A DNA stretch of 64,000 nucleotides, taken from contig OZ231126.1 in the NCBI GenBank assembly GCA_965153355.1, positions 34,658,001 through 34,722,000 on the forward strand, read 5' to 3'. Numbering within the stretch: the stretch's first letter is position 1; every line of letters starts with the position of its first letter. Of this stretch, positions 53,617 to 64,000 are shown piece after piece. The translations under genes and the position numbers were made by a program. This stretch comes from Flaccisagitta enflata. Taxonomy: Eukaryota. The notes below the pieces were generated by a model. The model saw nothing but the letters and a program-made list of their open reading frames with translations, did no database searches and had not been told where the DNA came from.

Positions 53617-54699
53617 CGGCTGTAATCTATGAAATGTAACCACCATTATTTTTGGGTGCAATTAACATGACTTCTTTTTCCTTGATGTCTATCATAAATT
53701 GCGTCAGGAATGAAGAACCATAATTGTTTTTCAATGCGCAATGTGATTTTTTCTTAGATGAATTTTCTTGCCAACGAAGAAGAGGAAAATGATAAAGAGA
53801 CTGGCAACAAATAATGACTTGTCCAATCAATCTTTTTATGGAGCAATTAAGTGTCTTCCCTCTGAAGAGCATGTGTCTTATTGCGCAGTAAAATGTTTCT
53901 CTCTCTGATAGAAGGCCCCAAAGGATGCCAGTAAATTGATTTAAAACAAGGCCGGATACACGGCTACCCCAGTCGCGTGCGGGTGGGCAGGGGCTGTATT
54001 CAAGGTCACTCAAGCATTTGGGCAGGAGCAAAATTCAACTTGATGCATGAGAGGGCCGACTTAAAACTGATTAATTATCCATTAACTGGTTGATATGGGC
54101 TTGGAAATGTTGAGGGTAAATCCTGATTAAATCGGTTTCACCCTTTCTCAGAACAACATTGAAGCCGCTACTTTAGCTGAACAATGGTCAAGCTCAAGGC
54201 GGGCGATTTAAAACGGCACCATAAAGATTTCCAATCACTCACTTGTACACACCGGATTACTACTAACATGAACATTTCGAAGCAATTTTATCCACTCTTC
54301 ATTTCCTCTCAAAATTTCTGGCTAAATGGGGGAAAAGTCGCTAATTTCAGCAACTTCAGAACCAGGGTGTCACAAAATTTTTTGCTTCCTACGAGCAAAA
54401 TTTCTCCAACTGTACCTTCCTACTGAAATGTGTATGATTATCAGGAAGATAACCTCTCAGACCCCTTTATATAGATAGTCAAAAAAGCAAAAGTGGTTCT
54501 GGATGCTCCAAGAATAGTAAGTGAAGGGATGAGATGGTGAAAGGAGCAGCAGCCTCGGGGGGACCAATGACCTATGTTTGTGCTGATAATGAATCGTGGA
54601 ATTTTTAGAATTCTTTTACCTTTGTGAAAGCACAGGTCCTGGACACTGTGCTTTTAAAACAATTCTGGGTGAAAAGTCATATAACTGTGGGTTTTTCTG

Positions 54700-55802
54700 C
54701 ATTTTTGAGCAGTATTGGGGTGTAAGAGCCTGTAACTAGCAAAAACAAAATCATTCCCCGAGCGCTTTTTGAGTAACCTTCAAAAACAAAAAAAAATAAA
54801 CCTAATTTCAATGCAGATTCTTCTGGGATGTGTTGATCAAATTTCTGATTCTATATTGTTAATCTATGCTAAATTCCCTTTCACTTGAAGCCAAGTAATT
54901 CAGCTTCTATAATATTTTGAAAAGTACTACAAATTCAGTAAAATATTGGGATTTTGACCTGGAATAAAGGAGTTTAGCCTCTTTGATCTTGTAAAAATAG
55001 AGCAAATATTGATACAAAATTTTTAAGCTGATCCCAATGAAGGTTCTTTCAATTTTTTTTCTTTTTTCAAATTACATACAATTTTAATAAATTCCTAACA
55101 TATAAAAAGAATTTTTAACATGAAAAGTTAGCGAAACATAAAAAATCTTGGAAAAACAATGAAAAAACATATTGAATTTTGTTCTTTTTGCTTTTTTTTT
55201 AAATCTAGCATGATCCCCTGCAAAAAATCTTTAATTTGAGTCCAATCCCAGAATTCTAGTCTGCTAGAAATTATAAAGGTTTAGCGCGGAAGACTCCTTT
55301 CCAGTCTGAAAATGAAAAACTGTCATGATATGAGTTTACTTGAAATCAGCACAGAAGCTAAACCATTTGACTAAAGGTGCTGAAATTTCGCATGAAAAAA
55401 CTGCAGGTAATTTGCTACTAGATAGAACAAATCCAAATGAACAGATGTGAATAGTTTTTGCGCAATACATCTTTTGTTGGTTGCAGTTGATTTTGAAGAC
55501 AGGGTAGGTCGCACTATATACTTTTGCAAAGAGTCACCATTACCAAAAAATAATGGTGGCTCAAAATATGAAAACCTAATTTCTATATAAAACCATATAG
55601 TGTGACCAATCAAATGAAAGGAAATTTTGTATAAAATAACAATATGGAAACAAAAAATGAGCCAACACAATTCATTAGAATCTGCATTACAAATAGGTTT
55701 AATTTTTTTCTATTTTTTGAAGATTACGCAAAAAGCGCTCGGGGAATGATTTTATTTTTGCTAGTTACATGCTCTTCCATATCCTAATACTGCTCAAAAA
55801 TG
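54700..55802. mobile_element. Element with ~120-bp inverted ends
   Basis: ..GTAACTAGCAAAAACAAAATCATTCCCCGAGCGCTTTTTG.. is mirrored at 55680-55802. Confidence 0.7.
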
Positions 55803-56203
55803 AAAACCTATAACGGCATACAGTGGAACTGCATATAACGGTCCTGAAGGGACTGGGGAATTTTGGTTGTTAAATCCGAATGTTGTTAAATCGAATTACC
55901 TATTTTTGGTATTTTTCTTAAAAAAAGATTGTAGCAAAATCAAATACAAAAACATATGTGCTTGATGAATTACAGTGGGTAGGTATTTGTGCAATTAGAC
56001 AACAGAGTAACAGATTTACAGATATAACCTCCAAAAGGTCTGTATTGAAATATTCATGAAATTATCTAGTGAGGTAAAAAATACCACAACAATTAAAGAA
56101 AAATTGATTTTGATTCAAATCTCTCTAAGCAAAAATGATTACAGATGTTCATTTGTGTTCCACTATTTATATATCTTTATTATTCTAATTCTACACACTT
56201 ATA

Positions 56204-56730
56204 CAGTCAGCGGCCATAACACAATAGGTATATATATCACTCTGTTGATTTTGATCCTACCTGCTGAAGTTGAACAGAATGCTGTAAATAATAACTGGTT
56301 GTTGACATTACAGCCGGCTGTTCAGTTACAAAATTGGCAAAAATCCAATTTTCACCAAAAAGAATGAGACCTGCAGATTCATAATCCTGATGAAATTCTG
56401 AGAAGTTTGACATGTCACACTTATCACTTTTTATAAGAAATATTTATTTTAACATTGCATTATATTTAAATTAAACATTTATAGAAAAAAAAAATTTCAT
56501 ATAAAAATATATGTTGTGACATATCAAACTTCTCAGAATGTCATCAGGATTATGAATCTGCAGGTCTCATTCTATTTGGTGAAAGTTGGATTTTTGCCAA
56601 CTTTGTAATTTAACAGCCGGCTGTAATTTCAACAACCAGTTGTTGTTTACAGCATTCTGTTCAACATCAGTGGGTTGGATCAAAACCAACAGAGTGATAT
56701 ATATACCTATTGTGTTTTGTCCGCTGACTG
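56204..56730. mobile_element. Nearly fully palindromic Tc1/mariner-type MITE
   Basis: TA-CAGTCAGCGG..CCGCTGACTG-TA with ~220-bp arms. Confidence 0.85.
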
Positions 56731-57884
56731 TATGTGATCTTTTAGTTAAAATTTTCTTTGATGTTTATGATATTAAGTATTGGCTGAATGATAGATGTTT
56801 AAAAAGAAAACTATTATCAAATTTGTCAAATTATATATCAATGTCTTTAAATAAGGTTTAAATTTTCCATAGGACCTAAAAATAAATAGTCAAAAAAGCA
56901 AAAGTGGTTCTGGATGCTCCTAGAATAGTAAGTGAAGGGATGAGATCGTGAGAGGAGCAGCAGCCTCGGGAGGACCAATGACCTATGCTTGTGCTGATAA
57001 TAAATCATGGAATTTTAAGAATTTTTTTACCTTTGTGAAAGCACAGGTCCTGGGGCTCAAATATAAGCCTTAAGACTCACATTTGAGCCTTAAGGCTTGG
57101 TATTGAGCCTCTAGACTGGAATTTGGGACTTTTTCATCACTGCCCCTGCCCACCCGCATGCGACTTGGGTAGCCGTGTATAAGGCTTTGTTTTGATAAGT
57201 ATGATGATTGATGAAGTTCATGGAAGAGAAAATGTAGTATTTTAAAGTTACTTGTACACAACTTTACACCTTGTTCTGTCAGTCTGTCTTTCAGCAAGAG
57301 TGAATGTAGCTACATAACATTTCTGAATTTTGGGTTTTTAGTCGCGTGCTACGGGACTCTTCATCCCGCTTTGTCGGTCCATTAGTTGGTTGGTTGCTTG
57401 GTCGGTCCCCTTATTTTTTTTAGGGGTTTTTGAACTTTTTGAACCTACTGCTCCTGCCCAGCTCAAATGCTCTAGTGACCTTCTCCAGCACTGCTTCTTC
57501 CCACCTGCACGCGACCAGGGTAGCCGTGTATCCGGCCTTGTTTAGTCCTTTATAAGGTTAGGAAGGAAGGGAGGGAGGAAGGAAGGAAGCAATGGTCGGA
57601 AGGAAGGAATTGAATGAAGGTAGGGATGTGGACAAAAAGGGAAGAAGGGATAAGAAGAAAATAAAAGTATGCTGGAAGGATAGAAGGAAGGGAGGAAGGA
57701 GGGAAAGGATGAAGGAAGGAAAGAAGGAAGGAAAAAAGGAAGAAAGGAGGGGAGGAAGGAAGGAAGGAATGAAGGAAGGAAGGTAGGGAGGAAAACAGAA
57801 TCAAAGGAATAGGAAGAAAAAAAAGAAGGTAGGAGGGAAGCATAGAAAGAAGAAAGGAAGGAAAGAAGTGAGGAAGGAAGAGAG

Positions 57885-59880
57885 GTCCAGCAGACACCCA
57901 GCAGACACCTTCTACTAAGTTGGGGATGGGTCCAGCAGACACCCAGCAGACACCCAGCAGACACCTAATACTTAACTCTGTAACAACTCTATAATTGTCT
58001 AGCAGACACCTACTACTAAGTTGGGGATGGGTCCAGCAGACACCCAGCAGACACCTTCTACTAATGTGGGGATTGGTCCAGCAAACACCCAGTAGACGCC
58101 TTCTACTAAGTTGGGGATGGGTCCAGCAGGCACCCAGCAGACACATACTTCTAAGTTGGGGATGGGTCCAGCAGACACCAAATACTTAACTTTGTAACTA
58201 CTCTATAAATGTCTAGCACACACTTACTACTAAGTTGGGAATGGGTGCAGCAGACACTAAGCAGACACTCTACTCATGAGAGGGATTGTCCAGCAGACAC
58301 CCAGCAGACACCTTCTACTAAGTTTGGGATGGGTTCAGCAGGCACCCAGCAGAGTATACCACTGGGCTAAGTTATGTGATGGGCCCCACACCCAGACACC
58401 TTCTTACTAATGTGGGACTGTCCAGCAGACACCCAGCAGACACTCTTTCTACTAAGTTGTGGGTTAAACTGCAGGCACCCAGCAGACACCTACTACTAAG
58501 TTGGGGATGGGTCCAGAAGACACCCAGCAGACACCTACTACTAATGTGGGGATTGGTTCAGCAGACACCAGCAGACACCTTCTACTAATTACAAGTGATG
58601 GGTTAAACAGGCACACATCAGACACCCTCTACTAATGTGGGGATTGGTCCAGCAGACACCCAGCAGACAATTTCCAATATTTTAACTTTGTACCAACGCT
58701 AAATTTGTCTAGCAGGCACCTTCTACTAATGGGGATGTGTCTAGCAGACACCCAGCAGACACTTCACATGGTTGTGATGGGTCCAGCAGACACCCAGACA
58801 TTCCTAATAATGTGGGATTGGTTCAGCAGACACCTTCTACTAATGTGGGGATGTGTCCAGACACCAGCAGACACTCTAAAACATAATCTTGCACTGACTT
58901 TTAATATCTAGCAGGCATCTTCTACTAATGTGGGGATGTGTCCAGCAGACACCCAGCAGACACCTACTACTTAGTTTGGGATGGGTCCAGCAGACACCCC
59001 AGCAGACACCTTCTACTAATGTGGGGATTGGTCCAGCAGACACCCAGCAGACACCCAGCAGACACCTTCTACCAATGTGGGGATTGGTCCAGCAGTCACC
59101 CAGCAGACTCCTTCTACTAATGTGGGGATTGGTCCAGCAGACACTCAGCAGACACCTGATACTCAACTTTGTACTGACTCAAAATTTGTCTAACAGGCAC
59201 CTACTACTAATGTGGGGATGTGTCCACCAGACACCCAGCAGACACCCACTACTAAAATAGGGATAGGTCCAACAGACACCCAGCAGACACCTAATACTTA
59301 TCTTTGTACCAACTCTATAAATGTGTAGCAGGCATCTTCTAAATATGCAGATGTGATCAGCAGACACCCAGCAGACACACTACTAAGTTGGGGATGGTCC
59401 AAGACACCACAGACACCTACTAATAAATTAGGATGGGTCCAGCAGACACCCAGCAGACACCTTCTACCAATGTGGGGATGGGTTAAACAGGCACCCAGCA
59501 GACACCTTCTACTAAGTTAGGGATGGGTCCAGCAGACACCCAGCACACACCTAATACTTAACTTTGTAACGACTCTATAAATGTCTAGCAGACACCTACT
59601 TCTAAGTTGGGGATGGGTCCAGCAGACACCCAGCAGACACCTTCTACTAAAATGGGGATGGGTCCAGCAGACACCCAGAAGACACCTAATACTTAACTTT
59701 GTACTGACTCTATAAATGTCTAGCAGGCATTTTCTACTAATGTGGGAATGTGTCAAGCAGACAACCAGCAGACACCTACTACTGTGTTGGGGATTTGGTC
59801 CAGCAGACACCTAATACTTAACTTTGTACTGTCTAGCAGGCACCTCCTATTGTGGGGATGGGTCCAGCAGACACCCAGCA
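57885..59880. repeat. ~45-bp minisatellite (CCAGCAGACAC x2 + CTTCTACTAA GTTGGGGATGGGT) with higher-order units
   Basis: Dozens of tandem units, with a periodic CTAATACTTAACTTTGTA..CTCTATAAATG variant. Confidence 0.92.
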
Positions 59881-61804
59881 GGTTCCCATCAGGCACCTTT
59901 TATTACTGCACTAAGTCCAGTCTAGCAGCCACCAATTAATCATTTATGCTCATATTTGGACACCTGTATCCCTGCTGCCATATTGCGTATGTCTCAGTTT
60001 CTCCATAACTAACTTGAAAATGATTGAGGCATAATCTTATGTGGTTCCTAAAATTCATGCAGTTGGGCTCAGAAATCTTGTAAATAAACAGCTGCCGTTT
60101 GTAACTTGTGATAAATAAAAAATATTTGGGGAACAATCAATGATGATCGAAGATAATTTGGATGGGTATATGGTAAGTTAAAAATGGGTAAAGAACTGGA
60201 AAATGAAGTGGGCTATGGAACATAATCTAAGTATATTACCACCCTTAGATTCTATGATTATTAATGAAATGCAACCCTCTTGCAAAGTTATTACTCATTT
60301 AGTTACCAATACATACTTTTTTTAAACCTCTTATAATTACTGATGTATTAAGTCATGATGAGAAAATTTCCCAGTTCCTTGAATCTGAGTTACAGCACAA
60401 AGTATTGAAATAATTATGACATTAACATACTATGTCTAGACAGGACAATGATATCAATCACCTGCTCATGTTGGATGTTGTTCCGCGCAGGATTGGTACC
60501 ATAAAAGAATGTGATAAGCATTGAAATAGCGGACCATCACTCATTAGGGCATGATCTAAAACAAAACAGAATGAAAAGATCAGCAGATCAAAATGAGAGC
60601 ATCACTTTAGACAAATCACGGCCATTGGCATTGGATGACATTATGCATCCTCTTCAGAAGGATTAGAGTCACGTCGAGGGAAATTCTTTATGGTCTTCAT
60701 TGTTGTTTGTTTTTGAAGAGCGTTTTTGAAGAGATTTCGAGAAAAGTCATGTAAGGAAAGAAGAACATAAATTGCCTTGAGAATGGGATTCAAGCCTCAA
60801 AGCTGGAACATGGAGTTGGAGACTGGGATTTGGACCCTGAGGCTAGGATTACAGACAGGGGGGGGGACGGACGTAGGCGTAGGAGGAGAATGAATAGGAG
60901 GGAAAAATTTCCCATAGAAGTGAAAGCACAGGTCATCGACCCCTTCTGGGTTGCCGCCCAAAAAGAATGGCACTCGCGATTACGACAGACAGAGACTGAA
61001 AGAGAGAGAAAGAAAGAAACAGAAAGAGAGAGAAAGAGAGATTCAGATAGAGAGAGAAAGAGAGACAGAGTCGGTTTGTTATTTTGTTGGTTGGTCAGTC
61101 CCTGTCTTACTTTTGGGCAGCGGCCCCAAAGGGGCTGATGACCTTTACTTTCACACATATGGGAAACTTTCTCCTTTTTCTCCTTCTCCTCCTCCATCTC
61201 CATCCCCCCACTTTGTAGCCTCCAGCTCAAATCCTAGCCTCAGGCCTCGTATTCAAGCCTCAAGCCTCCAATTTGATTGTCATGGGTCTTATCCCGGCCT
61301 TGTAGCGCAAATCCCAGCCTCAAGGCTCCAATTCCAGCTTTGAAGTTTAAAATCTAGCCTTGAGGCTCCACTTTCACCCATAAGGCTCCTAAACTAGCCA
61401 CAGGGCTTCAATCCTAGTCTTGAGGCTCTAATCCCATTGCTGTTGCTCCAATCCCAGTCTCAAGGCTCCAAACCAGGCGTCATAGCTGAAATCCCAGCAT
61501 TGAGGTTCAAATCTTAACCTCATGGCTTAAATCCTTACCTTACTGCTCAAATCCTAGCCCCAAGCATAGGTCAGCAGCCCCTTTGGGGCTGCTGCCCCAC
61601 TAACCACCACAAAATTTCATCAACTAACATAGGGGCAATGTGTACCGCTGACCATCTGATGCATTTGTGACTATTTGAGCTTGTATGAGCAAATACCTCC
61701 GCTCCTTCCCAAATGCCCAAATTATGTTTTCTATCTCTGCCCCTGCCAAATGCAGCAACCCGGTAGCAAAGTATAGCCTTGTTTTTCAATAATTTACATC
61801 AAAA

Positions 61805-62850
61805 TGCCAATTTGGTATATCATCTGCGGCGGAAAAGATACTAGAGAATTCCTTGTCCGATTCATTTGAAATTTTGTAGAACACTCCCTAAAGCCATATC
61901 TAACAAACGCAATATGTGCCATCATACTCAAATTAATCTATTATGTCAATTTGGCCCAAATAAGGCCAAATTTTGGCCTAAGAGTAAAAAAAATAAATAA
62001 CTTTGGTTATCTTTATCCGAGATTTTGCAAAACTTGCGTGATGTGAAATGGTCAAATCTTAACAAATAGTATGCATTTGTATAGATTTACCATTTCACGC
62101 ATCCACACCAAGTTTTAGCAAAATCGGATAAAGATAACCAACGTTATTTATTTTTTTTACTCTTAGGCCAAAATTTGGCCTTATTTGGGCCAAATTGACA
62201 TAATAGATTAATTTGAGTATGATGGCACATATTGCGTTTGTTAGATATGGCTTTAGGGAGTGTTCATACAAAATTTCAAATGAATCGGACAAGGAATTCT
62301 CGAGATATCTTGTCATATCGATTGCGGCGGACAAGGTTTTTCAACAATTTAATTGTCCCACCCATGTCTTACTAAAACAACTTATCAACCTTTTCCAGAA
62401 AATGTTCCTTATGTAATCGCAAAGGCCCCGCACATGTTGGTCCTACCTAGTGGTTCGGAACTAAGTTGAATTTGGAATGATTGCCCGAAGTTTTAACCAC
62501 CAAAGGGGTGAAGATTGAATTTCGGACAATTACGGTTTTTCAACAATTTACGCGCATAATGCCAATTTGGTATATCGTCTGCGGCGGACAAGATATCTCG
62601 AGAATTCCTTGTCCGATTCATTTGAAATTTTGTATGAACACTCCCTAAAGCCATATCTAACAAACGCAATATGTGCCATCATACTCAAATTAATCTATTA
62701 TGTCAATTTGGCCCAAATAAGGCCAAATTTTGGCCTAAGAGTAAAAAAAATAAATAACTTTGGTTATCTTTATCCGATTTTGCTAAAACTTGGTGTGGAT
62801 GCGTGAAATGGTAAATCTATACAAATGCATACTATTTGTTAAGATTTGAG
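61805..62850. repeat. Three near-identical ~240-280-bp copies in +,-,+ orientation
   Basis: Same translated sequence in ORFs 62095(-) and 62567(+); degraded copy at 61805-62085. Confidence 0.85.
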
Positions 62851-63251
62851 TCATACAGTTAGGCCCAACTGGCCAAAAATAGGCCAAAATCTGGTCAAAT
62901 TTAGTCAAAAACTGAAAAATTGTACAACTTCAGAATTCTTAATCCAATTTTGTTGAAATATGATGTGGATGCGCAAAACGGTGTATTCGTACAAATCAAT
63001 GCCATTACTAAGGATTTGAGTGATGCAGTTATATTAAACTGGCCAAAAACAGGTCAAAACTGGTCAAAACTGGTCAAATTTAGCCCGACAATGAAAAAAA
63101 GCATAATTGCACTGGTTATTGTTATCCAATCTTGATGTAACTTGTGTTGAGTCTCAGGATGGTAAACTTGGGTGGACATACATATTTTTGAGGATAAGTA
63201 TCACACAGAGGCTAAAAACTGGCCAAAATAAGCCCCCACCCAAAAAAAATA

Positions 63252-63726
63252 CAGTGGGACCTCGGTTTAAGGGATTTTTAGGGACTGACTATTTTTGTCT
63301 CTTTAATCCAAAATCCCTTAAATTGAATTCATCATTTTATTAAGGATTTTCATATTAGTTACTAAGGATTATCAAATTTAAAGTGTAACCACATCCTTTT
63401 GCCTTAAATATACAATGAATAATTTAGTTCATGGCGGGATTTTCATGGCACAAGAAATATTACATCATTTTGCAATAAAATTTTTTAAAGAATTATCTCA
63501 AAATCTAAATTTTTTTTCAAAATCCATCGAATTTACTTAAAATTTCCCTGATATAAGGGATATTTTCAAAAACTTGTCTCTTAAATCCGAATATCCCTTA
63601 AATAGAGGTTCCCTAATTAGAGGTTCTTTAACATTTCAAAAGCCTGAAAAAATCCGGGACCAGAGAGTGTTGTCTCTTAAATGCGAATATCCCAAATAGA
63701 GGTGCCACTAAGGTGGGATTCCACTG
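63252..63726. mobile_element. pogo/Tigger-like MITE
   Basis: TA-CAGTGGGACC..GATTCCACTG-TA. Confidence 0.65.
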
Positions 63727-64000
63727 TATATACATTCACCAGGCAATCCTTTTCCATTTTGAATGAAAGATGCCACGGTGTCTAGCAAAGGTAAAAATCG
63801 ATGAATGCCTTAAATTCTAGAGGATTCTTATATTGTGGATAAGCAGGCCTTTTCTTACTCAATTTTCTGAGCGGGCCAACCGGGCCCGCTCCTCTAAATT
63901 TCAGTGTGCCCGACAAAATATATTTTGCTCTGTTTCCCAATTGTTTTAGCTTTTTAGTCGCGGACAAGCGACTATAAGAGGCTTTGTCCGTTTGTCCATC

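Noticed and set aside
57885-59880. CRISPR-like array or coding repeats
   Set aside because: Inter-repeat segments are themselves repeated, so this is a minisatellite; its ORFs are artifacts.

Overview
Repeat-rich animal (probably invertebrate) genomic DNA with three parts. (1) ~460-18830: an endogenous Maverick/Polinton-type DNA virus. Its recognisable genes all lie on the minus strand: packaging ATPase, two Maverick-like accessory proteins, DDE integrase, a membrane protein, minor capsid, several orphans (one with a linker-histone H1-like domain), major capsid (MCP), a protamine-like core protein, and a protein-primed PolB split across two ORFs. The main observation is that viral genes carry spliceosomal introns. 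The MCP can be rebuilt from 8 exons across 7 GT-AG introns into a stop-free 451-aa protein once a hAT MITE in exon 1 is removed. The ATPase Walker A motif (GQSSSG|KT) is split by an intron that is almost entirely a TIR-bounded element. (2) 18935-33386: seven coding exons of a host TAX1BP1/CALCOCO-like SKICH + coiled-coil gene. It runs, co-oriented, to ~150 bp from the viral ATPase start with no viral TIR between them; one intron holds a ~7.7 kb foldback with a telomere-like 24-bp satellite. (3) 33400-64000: MITEs, LINE fragments, micro/minisatellites and a tRNA-like sequence. All family assignments come from motif recognition by eye; no database search was run.
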